A stretch of DNA of 64,000 nucleotides, taken from the NCBI GenBank assembly GCA_963741505.1, contig CAVUIJ010000008.1, forward strand, positions 17,114 through 81,113. The letters run 5' to 3'. Position 1 is the stretch's first letter. Every line of letters begins with the position of its first letter. This DNA is from an uncultured Alphaproteobacteria bacterium (GTDB lineage Bacteria > Pseudomonadota > Alphaproteobacteria > Rhizobiales > Hyphomicrobiaceae). The notes beneath the pieces are model-generated. The model was not told the origin of the DNA and searched no databases. It saw only the letters and a list, made by a program, of their open reading frames with translations. Below are positions 49,853 through 59,364 of this stretch, piece after piece. A program made the translations under genes and the position numbers.

Positions 49853-51196
49853 ATGAACCTGTGGATCATCCTGACGGCAATAACGACCGTTGTCGCGGTG
49901 TGGGCGGTAATCCCGTTCCTGCGTCGTGCCGACGCGGCTGAACCTTCGAACGAGCTCGCGAAGAGTTCCGCCGTTTATCGCGATCGACTGCGCCAGATCG
50001 ATGCTGAATTGAAGGCCGGTGTCATCAACGAAGCAGACGTGCAGGCCACAAGAGTTGAGACGGCTGGTCGCCTCGTTCTCGCCGAACGCGAAGAACAGGC
50101 AAAGGCCGGACCGGCGCAAATGGGCAATCGCAGTTTTGCAGCCATCGCCATTGTCGGCGTAGTCGCCGTGAGCTCCGCCATTCTCTATGCCAAGATCAAC
50201 CAGCCCAGCCGCATTCCAACTGCACGGAACGCTGACGATGTGCTCGCTGGCAACAGGGGAGCACTGCCCGCTCGTCACCCTGTGATCTCGGGTAACGCCG
50301 CGCGCACGCAGCCATCGGGCGCCGCGGACGCGCAAGGTGGCGGCCTTCCGACCATCGAGGGAATGATCGAGAGACTGGCGCAGCGCCTCAAGGCCAATCC
50401 GGAAGACGCGAATGGCTGGCGCACACTCGCCTGGTCGTATGGGGCGCAAGGGCGGTTCAAGGAGGCGGCATCGGCCTACGATGAGGCTATCAAGCGTCAG
50501 CCCGAAAATGGCGACCTGTATGGTGCCCGCGGTGAGCTTCTGGTGCGTGTCGGCAATGGCATCGTTTCTCTCGAGGCCGCCAATTTGTTCGAGGAGGCAC
50601 TCAAGCGCGACAAGGAGAACCCGCGCGCCCGTTTCTTCCTGGGGCTCAGGAAGGAACAAGCCGGCGATCGCGTGGCTGCACTCGATGATTGGATCGCAAT
50701 CCTCCGGCGCGCGTCACCGAGCGAGCCCTGGGTCCGCGATCTCAGGGAGCGTGTCGAACAAACGGCCGCGGAGATCAAAGTCGATCTGACCGGCCGGCTG
50801 CCGGCTGAGTGGCCGGCGGCGCAGATCGGAGGCGTCGGAGCGGGCATTCCGGGAGTGCTCCAAGAGGAGAAAAGGTCCGGATCACAACCGGGGGCACCAG
50901 CGGGCGCGAACATCTCCGGCTCGAAAGCTCCCACGGCGGCGGACGGCCAGCGCATGGCAGCCGCGAGCCCCGAGGACCAAATGATCCGCAACATGGTTGA
51001 CGGCTTGGCTGCCCGCCTCGAAAAGCAGCCGCGCGATTTCGAAGGTTGGTCCCGCCTTATCCGCTCACGCACGGTTCTGGGCGAGATGGACAAGGCCAAG
51101 ACCGCACTGGCCAAGGCCCGTGAGGTTTTCGCAGATACGCCCGAGGCGCTTGGCGTGATCAGCGCAACGGCACGCGAAATCGGGCTCGAACCTTAG
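49853..51196 (+). CDS. ccmI: CcmI/CycH-like c-type cytochrome biogenesis protein (TM + TPR)
   Basis: MNLWIILTAITTVVAVWAVIPFLRR, a second TM FAAIAIVGVVAVSSAILY, and TPR-like ANGWRTLAWSYGAQGRFKEAASAYDEAIK. Confidence 0.75.
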   Translation: MNLWIILTAITTVVAVWAVIPFLRRADAAEPSNELAKSSAVYRDRLRQIDAELKAGVINEADVQATRVETAGRLVLAEREEQAKAGPAQMGNRSFAAIAIVGVVAVSSAILYAKINQPSRIPTARNADDVLAGNRGALPARHPVISGNAARTQPSGAADAQGGGLPTIEGMIERLAQRLKANPEDANGWRTLAWSYGAQGRFKEAASAYDEAIKRQPENGDLYGARGELLVRVGNGIVSLEAANLFEEALKRDKENPRARFFLGLRKEQAGDRVAALDDWIAILRRASPSEPWVRDLRERVEQTAAEIKVDLTGRLPAEWPAAQIGGVGAGIPGVLQEEKRSGSQPGAPAGANISGSKAPTAADGQRMAAASPEDQMIRNMVDGLAARLEKQPRDFEGWSRLIRSRTVLGEMDKAKTALAKAREVFADTPEALGVISATAREIGLEP

Positions 51197-51465
51197 CCGG
51201 CACGCGAGGCGCCGACACAATCTTGGATTGCGGGAACCGACCGCGCATATCCCGCGACATGATCGAGGTGTCGCGTGAAATCTTAAGAATCAGTTAACGC
51301 TTTTTCGACTGGTCTTGCCGCCATCTGACCAAGCGGGTGACTAGGGTTGCGGCCAAACCACACTCGCGGTCAGCGTTCTATCGGTAGTCTTTTTCTGGTT
51401 GGTCGGGCCACGAATTGGGGGCATCTTGCGTGGAATCGCACGCTAAGTTCGTTTAGGGGGCGGAG

Positions 51466-53316
51466 ATGCTTCGGAGGGGGTGCGTTGGAGGGGGCTTAGT
51501 GAGCGCGCTGCTGCTCACTTGCTGCGCCCTCGATGCACAAGCACAGCCTCCGGTCGAAGTTTCCGGCGAATTGGAAGCCTCGGTGACGTCGCGCAAGCTG
51601 CCCAGCGACGACAAGCACGAGGTCATTTCTCAGGTGCTTGGCAACACCCATATCTCGACCTATCTGTGGCAGCCCTGGATTGCCACGGTGACCGCCGATC
51701 TCCACGCGGCGTTCGAGACCAGTTCCAGCGGAAGCTTCGGCGACGCGACCAGCGTAGCAGGCGATGTTACGCTCTCGGCGCTGCCCTCATCGCGCTATCC
51801 ATTCCAACTTTTTTTCTCTGCGAGCGACAATCGTTTCGACGGCGAATACGCGTTGGACTATACGCGGATGCGAGCGGGGATGTCGGGCCGGGCGGCGCTC
51901 ACCGACAAATCCAGTCTCGACTATCTTGTCAGTTACGACCAGTTGGACCGGGCTAAGTTCGGCGACGTAACCGCGCTGCGCGCAGAAACGACATTTCGCC
52001 ACAGTTTCAGCGTCGGCCAGTTGCCGCTGAACATCACCGACGTCGGCATGTCGTTCAACTACTACAACACGGATTTCAAGAGCGGATTGTCACGGGATCC
52101 GGGCAATTCGAGCGAGTCCGTGGCAGGTACCTTCTTTTATCGCGCGGTGCCGACGGAAAGGATCAATCATGATTTCAGCGCGACCCTGATTTCCGACAAG
52201 TCAATCTACAAGCAGGATCGCTTTGATCGTCTGCTGGCACAAACGGTAGGCACGGCTCAGTGGCGCTCTCCCTCGAACGACTTCACTACCACTAGCGCCG
52301 TGCGCCTGATGTTCCAACAGGTCGACCATCGCTTCGCTCAGGATAAGAAGACGGATACCGATAGCGCCGTAGTGGCCGCGAGTGCGGGCGCAAGCTGGCG
52401 TGCAAACGACCGTCTCACCATGAGCCTCGGCGCGCGCGCCAATTTCGAGCGCATCGAGACCATCGCCGATGAACAGAACATTGTGCAACCCGAGGTGGGC
52501 CGGTCCAATTACGCAGGCGGCATTCTAAGCTCGATCGACTACCGTTCGCTCGCCTATCAGATGGGCGGTTTCAACTGGCACTGGGACGCGCGCGCGGTCG
52601 GGGATCTTTCCTACACCACGAACCGTTACGAAACGAAGCTCTACGAGAGGATTTACGGCCCGCGCAGTGATGCCGCGGTCAGCATCGGCCACTCGTTCGA
52701 TCGGATGATGCGGGTGCCCTGGATCGACAGGGTCAATTTCACTTTTCTTCAGGAAACTGGATTTGCTCACTACGGCTATAATGGAGAGTTCAACCCTTTC
52801 GTCACGCACAGCTCGTCATTCACAAAGGCTTTCTCGGATGAGAATGGAGCGAGTTACTTCCGCCTCTATCTGCGCGACACTCATCGTTTTGGCGACCAGA
52901 CGGACGAATACCAGACCGCACATGCCGATTTCACGCGGCAGATTCCGCTCAGCGGCAACCAGAGCCTTCACGGAAGTGTGGGCATTCAAGTGGTTCGTCA
53001 GCGTACTCAGGGAAGAGAAGATTTCTACGTCTTTTCTCCTGCTGACCTGGAATACGAGTACCGTAACCTGTTCGGTGTCAATGGTTTGAGTTTCACGTCT
53101 ACCGTGCGGATAAATGGGATCGGGCTGAATGATCCAGCGCACGACTGGAGCGACCAGCTGAGCCCGAACCTGTTCCGCAACGATTGGCGCAACCGGGTGC
53201 AGTATCGTGTTGGTGCGCTCTGGCTGTCGCTCGAAGGCACGCTGTTCCAGGTCGATGGAGAGCTGGGGTACTACGCGAGGTTTGCGGGGCGTCGCAGCTT
53301 CGACTTCGTGGACTAG
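51466..53316 (+). CDS. outer-membrane beta-barrel protein candidate (616 aa), no family recognised
   Basis: Signal ..LLLTCCALDAQAQ. Long runs of alternating hydrophobic/polar residues with aromatic girdles (e.g. LDYLVSYDQL, ETTFRHSFSV, GMSFNYYNTDF, RVQYRVGALWLSLEGTLFQV). It is lower in GC than its neighbours. Confidence 0.55.
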   Translation: MLRRGCVGGGLVSALLLTCCALDAQAQPPVEVSGELEASVTSRKLPSDDKHEVISQVLGNTHISTYLWQPWIATVTADLHAAFETSSSGSFGDATSVAGDVTLSALPSSRYPFQLFFSASDNRFDGEYALDYTRMRAGMSGRAALTDKSSLDYLVSYDQLDRAKFGDVTALRAETTFRHSFSVGQLPLNITDVGMSFNYYNTDFKSGLSRDPGNSSESVAGTFFYRAVPTERINHDFSATLISDKSIYKQDRFDRLLAQTVGTAQWRSPSNDFTTTSAVRLMFQQVDHRFAQDKKTDTDSAVVAASAGASWRANDRLTMSLGARANFERIETIADEQNIVQPEVGRSNYAGGILSSIDYRSLAYQMGGFNWHWDARAVGDLSYTTNRYETKLYERIYGPRSDAAVSIGHSFDRMMRVPWIDRVNFTFLQETGFAHYGYNGEFNPFVTHSSSFTKAFSDENGASYFRLYLRDTHRFGDQTDEYQTAHADFTRQIPLSGNQSLHGSVGIQVVRQRTQGREDFYVFSPADLEYEYRNLFGVNGLSFTSTVRINGIGLNDPAHDWSDQLSPNLFRNDWRNRVQYRVGALWLSLEGTLFQVDGELGYYARFAGRRSFDFVD

Positions 53317-53394
53317 GTGCCGTAGAGCACCATTGTTGCGTACAATACCAAGCCTCGTTGGCGCCAGCGGGGTCTCTCGGAGGCCCACTCCCAG

Positions 53395-53960
53395 GCACAT
53401 GCGGGGACGAAGAGAATTGCCGCGCGCTCGTCGTCGTGTGGCGCCGGCCGATAGGCTTCGTGTGCTCGAGCTGCGGGGAAGCCGACCACTCCATCGGCCA
53501 AGTTGCGCGACTTCGAGATGACGTCGGTCAGAGGACGCTCTATCAGTGCAATGTCTGGCGCCGGTAGGCGTTGCCAATGGGCGGCACAATCTCCAACTCG
53601 ACCGAGCTGTCTGTCACGACGTCGTTCAGTGTCTTGCACCTCATTGCGCGGTCAAAGCGACGTGTCTCCTCGATCGAACTCGGCCGCGGCCCGGCACGGC
53701 GCAGACGGTGGCCTGGAAGATCAAGACCAAGCTCGCCGTGGTGATGCGCAACGGCTGCCTGCGGTGAGCACCGCCTTGTCGGATTGCCTTGGATCGCTGA
53801 GGCTCCCGCTGCACGTAGCTCGAGATGGGCGGGAATGTGACCACGATGGCGGATTTGGACAAAAGAGGCTCGAAGCGGCGGCACAAGCGATCAAGTCGTT
53901 CTCGCAAAACGGCTTTCTCTCAGCCGGCGCCCCGACGCTCCTCGCATGCGGGAGAAATTC
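53395..53960 (+). mobile_element. IS1595-family (ISXO2-like) transposase remnant with multiple frame breaks
   Basis: Zinc-ribbon N-terminus DEENCRALVVVWRRPIGFVCSSCGEA...YQC, then ..SVLHLIARSKRRVSSIEL.. and ..TVAWKIKTKLAVVM.. in other frames. This matches the RWP.GF.CP.CG / YQC / KTAW...K order. Confidence 0.5.
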
Positions 53961-53963
53961 AGC

Positions 53964-54340
53964 CTAGACCGACCTTCTCGCAGGGGTGGGGATCGTCATC
54001 GCACGAGCGTCAGTCGATCCGCGTCGTGCGACTGCACGCGAGGCGTGACGAGCGCGCCGAAAAGCGTAGCCCCCGCATACGGTTGAGGCGCGCGACATGC
54101 TGGAAGCATGCGTCCCGCATGACGCGGGCGGCCACGGGCGTGCGACCCGAAGGGCGGGGCAAATTCGTTTGACAGGGTGCGTCGCGACGTCCGGCCCGGA
54201 TGGGCCAAAGCCGGCAATGCCGGCTCGCGCGCCTTCGGCGCAGGGTGACCATAGATCGGCTATGCTCTGCGCGCCGCTCCTGCCCTGTCAAACGAATTTG
54301 CCGCCGTGCCGACCCCGCCCCTGTGAGAAGGTCGGTCTAG
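53964..54340. mobile_element. MITE-like element: nested inverted repeats
   Basis: Outer IR ctagaccgaccttctcgcaggggtgggg (53964-53991) versus the reverse complement of 54313-54340 (26/28). Inner perfect 20-bp IR ggcaaattcgtttgacaggg (54158-54177) versus 54283-54302. Confidence 0.6.
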
Positions 54341-54924
54341 TTCTTCTCGGCCCTGGCCTTGATCCAAATCTCTGCGCGTCGCTTGGCCTCGGCGATCTGA
54401 TCTGGGGGCATGGACTCGGCTACGATGTCGCGGGCGTTGACCGCCAGCGAGCCCCAATAATGCACGGCGATCTCGTACCATTTGTAGGCTTCGAAAGGAT
54501 CACGTTTGACGCCATGGCCGAAGGCGAAGGAATCCGCCACCTGCAACTGCGCGCCGACATCGCCGGCATCGGCGGCCTTTATGCTCCAAAGAAACGACTT
54601 GGCGAAGTCCTGCTCGACGCCGTGGCCCTCGCGATACATTCGCGCGAGTTCGACGTACGCCTTCTCGAAACCCGCCTCGCCCGAGTTGATCATCAACTCC
54701 TCCGCGGCGGTTTTGCTCGGCGGCTGGACCATCTTGTTCAAATACATGACGCCCAGAACGTACTGCGCCTTCGCATCGCCGCCCTTTGCCAGCGGCAAGA
54801 GCACCTGCGCTGCGGCGTCGAACTCCGCGCGTTCGAACAGCTCTACCCCTTTGTCAAGTTGCGCCCTCGCCGCGCCGGCGAGCATGAATGCGATCGCGAC
54901 GATAAGGGCGAAGCAACGTTTCAT
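54337..54924 (-). CDS. secreted Sel1-repeat (SLR/TPR-like) protein
   Basis: Signal MKRCFALIVAIAFMLAGAARA. Repeats: GDAKAQYVLGVMY, AYVELARMYREGHGVEQDFAKS, GDVGAQLQVADSFAFGHGVKRDPFEAYKWY. Confidence 0.8.
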   Translation of the reverse strand: MKRCFALIVAIAFMLAGAARAQLDKGVELFERAEFDAAAQVLLPLAKGGDAKAQYVLGVMYLNKMVQPPSKTAAEELMINSGEAGFEKAYVELARMYREGHGVEQDFAKSFLWSIKAADAGDVGAQLQVADSFAFGHGVKRDPFEAYKWYEIAVHYWGSLAVNARDIVAESMPPDQIAEAKRRAEIWIKARAEKN

Positions 54925-56072
54925 TTCTCACCCCCTTGTTTGCCATTGAGCGCCGCCTCGATCCCGCGCGGATACCATGTCGCTCCCCCGTAGCCGCCGA
55001 CCCATGCGGATCCCTCCCCAATTGCGATGGCGAACACGCTTGAGACGTTCGGTCCTGATGCATCTACCAGCTTATGGAACGTTCCGCCATCGAACGACGC
55101 AAGCCCCCGATTAGTTCCGATCCAGATCCGACCTCCGCTGATCGCCAGCTCGAATACGTGATTGCCGGGCAAACCGTCCGCCATGGTGAAGCTGCGCCAC
55201 ATCGCGCCGTCAAAACGGCTCAGTCCCGCGCCCCAGGTGCCGGCCCAGACCACGCCCTCGGCGTCGACGGCCAGCGAGACTACGTAGTTGGGATTGTAGG
55301 CCGGCCCGGCGCGCTCCAACCCCTGCTCCTGACGCTGACGCTGGTGGTGGCGCGAGGTCGCCGAGGCCGCCCTGCGCTCCTGATCTTCTCCGGCCACCCG
55401 CTCCCACGGCGCGCCGAGGCCATCGGCATGATTCCAACTTGTCCAGGCGCCGCCCCGGTATCGGGTGAGCCCGCCCTCGGTCGCCAGCCAGACCGCTCCG
55501 TCCGGAGCGGAGGCAAGGCCGTAGACCCAGTCGTTGGCCAGACCGCCCTTGGTGCTGGCAACGGTATGCAGCCGCCATGCGGACGGATCCCCCAACGCGC
55601 CGCCGATCACCTGATTGACGCCGGACCACGTGGCGATCCAAATGTCGCCGCGCACATCGCGCATCACGTCATAGACGAAGCTGTCTCCCAGCCCGTCGGG
55701 GATGTTGTAGTGCGTCCACCCCTGCGTCACCGGGTCCAGGATCGACAGGCCGCCGCCGTACGTGCCGACCCAGATCCGCCCGTCAAGCTTGCCCACATAA
55801 AAGACGCCGTTGGAGAGAAGACCGCTCTTGTTGTCGTAGACGCGCTTCTCTCCGGAGAGATTGTCGAAGCGGATCAGGCCGTCGGAAGTGCCGAGCCAAG
55901 TCAGCTTGCCATCCATGAGCACGTGTTTGACGTTGGCGGAGCCGAAATCGAAGCTGATTGACGAGCGCAGTTCGCCCACCCTCTCTTTCTCCGGCGGCGT
56001 GGCCGCCGCAGTGATCGCGCCGAAGCAAAGGGCAAAGAGGCCAGCGACGCAGTAGGTCGCGCGCGGCCTCAT
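54921..56072 (-). CDS. secreted beta-propeller with two-component-regulator-propeller (Reg_prop) repeats
   Basis: Signal MRPRATYCVAGLFALCFGAITAAA. Repeats of type DGL.(S/N)..V..(V/L)..D..G.(I/V)W(I/V/A)GT..G(L/V)..(F/Y)D. ATGA overlaps at both ends. Confidence 0.75.
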   Translation of the reverse strand: MRPRATYCVAGLFALCFGAITAAATPPEKERVGELRSSISFDFGSANVKHVLMDGKLTWLGTSDGLIRFDNLSGEKRVYDNKSGLLSNGVFYVGKLDGRIWVGTYGGGLSILDPVTQGWTHYNIPDGLGDSFVYDVMRDVRGDIWIATWSGVNQVIGGALGDPSAWRLHTVASTKGGLANDWVYGLASAPDGAVWLATEGGLTRYRGGAWTSWNHADGLGAPWERVAGEDQERRAASATSRHHQRQRQEQGLERAGPAYNPNYVVSLAVDAEGVVWAGTWGAGLSRFDGAMWRSFTMADGLPGNHVFELAISGGRIWIGTNRGLASFDGGTFHKLVDASGPNVSSVFAIAIGEGSAWVGGYGGATWYPRGIEAALNGKQGGEK

Positions 56073-57152
56073 GGGGACGCCTTCGGCGCGATGAGCCGCA
56101 CAACGCCGCCTTTCACCCCGGCGAACACATCGCCGCCGCTGGCAACAGTAAGCGCATAGACATGAGCGGGCGAACGACCGAGATCGTGGCTGGTCCAACG
56201 CGTCCCGTCGAAGCTGGAGACACCCTTGTTGGTGCCGAACCACATGACGCCTTTCTCATCCTGGGCGAGACTGTAGACGATGTCACCTGCCAGCCCGTCT
56301 CGACTGGTATAGTTGGTCCAGATACCCTCTCGCGACAGTAGTGCCGCGCCGCCGCCCCAAAGCCCGAACCAAACGCCCTTGCCCGTCCGGTCGACATGCA
56401 CAGCGAACACGTAGTTCTCATTATAGCTGCTGCCGCCTTCTTTGCCGACGTCGAGGTCATGGCGCGATTTGCGTGCCCAGTCCGGTGTTGGTGCTGGCGG
56501 CTGCGCCCGCGAGATTTGGCGCGCCGAGCCCTTCTGTATGGGTCCAGCTTCGCCACTTTGAGCCGTCGAACATGGAGACGCCGCCCTCGGTGCCGAACCA
56601 GACGCGGCCCTCGGCGTCGATATCGACACCATAGACCCAGTGATTGATCAACTCGTCATGATAGGTGGTAAAGGTGTCGGTCTTCGGGTCGTAGAGATTG
56701 GCGCCGTCCCAGGTGCCGATCCAGACCCGCTGCCGGTCGTCGAAAGCAAAGGCGTAGACCCAATAATCCGCCAGCCCGTGCATGGGAAAGAAGGTGCGCC
56801 ACTTGCCATTCTGCAGCCGCGACGCGCCGCCGGCGTTGGTACCGAACCAGACCGCATTGTCCGGCGCCAGGCCGATGGCGAAGACGTACTCGTTCGCCAA
56901 CCCATCCTTGCGCGTGAAGCGATTGCGCGGATCCATGCTGGTGAGGTCGATCTCCAGCACGCCGTTGGAGGCGCCGACCCAGAGGGAGCGCTGCTTGGCG
57001 TCCACCGCCAGCGAGCGGACATAGCTCTGGTCGCCCAAGCCGTAGAACTCGACCTTGCGGCCGGCGGCCGAGGCCGGCGCGGTTGCCACAATGCAGGCGG
57101 CCAGCAGACAAGTGACACTAACGCCGCAACGATCGAACATAGGCCAAAACAT
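56069..57152 (-). pseudogene. second Reg_prop beta-propeller (paralogue), one frame break
   Basis: ORF 56457-57185 (..DGLANEYVFAIGLAPDNAVWFGTNAGGASRL..) continues in ORF 56069-56632 (..NYVFAVHVDRTGKGVWFGLWGGG..). Break near 56470. Confidence 0.7.
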
Positions 57153-57426
57153 CGAGCAGCTCCCTCCCACGGAGCACCACTTCAAAACCCGGCATCAGGC
57201 CCCTGCCGTATCGCAAGCTGCGCACGAGCGACTGCTCGGGCGCCATCAGCCCGTCGCCTCTGGAGAAATCGGGCGTTCCCGGCATCTGCGGAACGCCGTT
57301 GTTGCCATGACAACGCGCGCAGTGCTCCGCGTAAATCTTACGTCCCTTGAAGTAATCGCCAGCGTGCGCCGGCGCGGCCGAGAAGACAGCGGTCAAAGCG
57401 AGGGCTATAGGCGTGACGCGTTTCAT
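57118..57426 (-). CDS. monohaem class-I cytochrome c
   Basis: Signal MKRVTPIALALTAVFSAAPAHA. GRKIYAEHCARCHGNNG...GLMPGF (Met ligand context). Confidence 0.85.
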   Translation of the reverse strand: MKRVTPIALALTAVFSAAPAHAGDYFKGRKIYAEHCARCHGNNGVPQMPGTPDFSRGDGLMAPEQSLVRSLRYGRGLMPGFEVVLRGRELLDVLAYVRSLRR

Positions 57427-58463
57427 TTCGGCTCCGTTTTCTGACGACCCGCGGTCAGGATCTCCGATACCGTCCGCTCCGCAGCGTCAGCGGGCCATTC
57501 GCGGGCGCCGATGACGCGAGCCAGAACCGCGCCGCTCGAATCCAGGAACAGCGTCTGCGGGTAGGATTCCACCTGGAAGCGCTCGCGCGCAAAGGCACCC
57601 TTGCCGTCCCAGAAATTGCCGAATGATACCCCCGTATCGCGGATGAACTCTCGCGCGAAATCGCGATCCTTGTCAATATTGAGGCCGACAAGACGATAGC
57701 GCTTCGGATCGAGGGCGGCGGCGAAGGCTTGCAGGCTCGGCATTTCTGCGCGGCAGGGACCGCACCAGGAAGCCCAGAAATTCACGATAGAGATCATCCC
57801 TTCGGGAGGGGTCAGCGCATCGGGCGTCTCGGCGATGGCGGGCAGCGGCGCCGGCGCGGGCATGGCGCTCTTCGCCGTGGCAGCTGCGGCATGAGCCTTC
57901 GCAGCCCCGCCGCCTAGCTGCGGTGACTGAGGTTTCGCCGTGGCGGCCGCGGCATGGGCCTTCGCGGCATCGTCACCTTGCTGCGGCACCTCGCCCTTGT
58001 CGGCGGCCTCCCATTCCCATAGCGCCGAAAGCGCCTTGCGCCGGAAAGGATCGTCCTTGGCGGCGAGATGGACGAAGGTCCGCATGGCGCCCATCGCGCC
58101 TTTGCGATCGCCTGCGGCCTCGAGCGCCGCGCCAAGCCCGTAATAGGCGTTGATCTGTCGGGGATTGATGGTCAGCGCGCGGTCGAATGCGCTCGCCGCC
58201 TCGCTGGCGCGCTCCATCGCCAGATAGGCGAAGCCCAGATTGGCATGCGCCTCGGCGACGTGGGGATTGATGGCGCGGGCCTGGTCGAAGGCTGCCACCG
58301 CCGCTTGGGCGTCGCCGAGGCGCATCGCCTCTATCCCGCGAGTGAAGGCCTGACCAAAAGGAGTTGCGCTATTTGACGCGACCTGCTGCGGCGCGGTCCT
58401 GATCTCGGGGCCGCTGCCTGGCAGGATCTCCAGGATCAGGCCAACCACCAGGATGACCACCAT
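57423..58463 (-). CDS. TPR-domain / TlpA-ResA-like thioredoxin fusion (thiol:disulfide oxidoreductase)
   Basis: N-terminal TM, TPR repeats (AEAHANLGFAYLAMERASEAASAFDRALTINP), an Ala-rich tandem linker, and thioredoxin VNFWASWCGPCRAEMP. Confidence 0.8.
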   Translation of the reverse strand: MVVILVVGLILEILPGSGPEIRTAPQQVASNSATPFGQAFTRGIEAMRLGDAQAAVAAFDQARAINPHVAEAHANLGFAYLAMERASEAASAFDRALTINPRQINAYYGLGAALEAAGDRKGAMGAMRTFVHLAAKDDPFRRKALSALWEWEAADKGEVPQQGDDAAKAHAAAATAKPQSPQLGGGAAKAHAAAATAKSAMPAPAPLPAIAETPDALTPPEGMISIVNFWASWCGPCRAEMPSLQAFAAALDPKRYRLVGLNIDKDRDFAREFIRDTGVSFGNFWDGKGAFARERFQVESYPQTLFLDSSGAVLARVIGAREWPADAAERTVSEILTAGRQKTEPK

Positions 58464-58526
58464 GACTCGACGCAGCCGCCAGCAGGTGCGAGCGGCGGTG
58501 GCGCCGAACTGCGCCCTGTAGCCCCA

Positions 58527-59364
58527 TCAAACCGCTCCCTTATGTGGCGAGGTCGAGATGAACGGCACTCCGAAAAACGTGTAAAACGCCACGCAGAAGA
58601 TTAGAAGACTGAAGATCGCGCCCAACATCGGCCGCGCCGTGCTGCGCGGGCGCAGATGCAGAAACAGCAGCGTCGCGGTCCAGTTCACGAAGGCCCAGCT
58701 TTCCAGCTGATCCCAGGCCCAGTAGCGCTGCCAGGCGTTCTGCGCCCAGGCGGCACCGGCGACCAGCATCAGGCTCTGGAACACCACGGCGATCAGCAAC
58801 AGGCGATAGATATCGGTCTCCAGCGAAGCGGAGTCGGGCAGGCTGGAGAAGCGCATGCCTGAGCGTCTGGCGGCAGAGCAGCACCAGACCCAGTCCGGCG
58901 GCAGGAGTAGCCAGCCCGAGGAAGAACTTGCCGAACGTCACATGGATCGGCAGCCAGATCGTCGCGTAGGTCACGGGCGCCAATGTGTTCTTCACGGGCG
59001 TGAGCCACATCCAGACGGTCAGCACCGCCAGCAGCGGCAGCGTGCAGGCCAGCGCAGGCCGCAGGCGCGGCAGGCTGAGGAACACCACCAAGACAGCCAG
59101 ATGCAGGCTCCAGACATTGCTCGAGAGAACCTCGAACATATCCACATAGGGCCCGTGGCCGAGCCGGATCCACCTATAGGCAATGGCGACCGTGTGAAAC
59201 GTCAGGCCTGCCGCTAGGAGGCCGAAGGTCGCCTGCTGGCGCCCCGTGCGAAATGCGGTCGAGACTATGGAATGCGCCGTCGCCGCCAGGTAGAGCACGA
59301 CGGCGATCCCCAGCATCTGCGCCTCGAACGCAGCTCCGCTTTGCGCAACGACGTCAGGTCCCAT
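58527..59364 (-). pseudogene. ccsA: System II cytochrome c synthase subunit CcsA, one frame break
   Basis: The N-terminal TM part (ORF 58540-59364) joins ORF 58527-58856, which carries the WWD motif GAAWAQNAWQRYWAWDQLESWAF. Break near 58858. Confidence 0.8.

Noticed and set aside
59265-59364. Possible CcsB-CcsA fusion (CcsBA), as in Helicobacter and Bacteroides
   Set aside because: The two ORFs overlap by ~100 nt in different frames, and ccsA has its own plausible start. With so many indel breaks nearby I cannot tell a real overlap from an error, so I do not claim a fusion.
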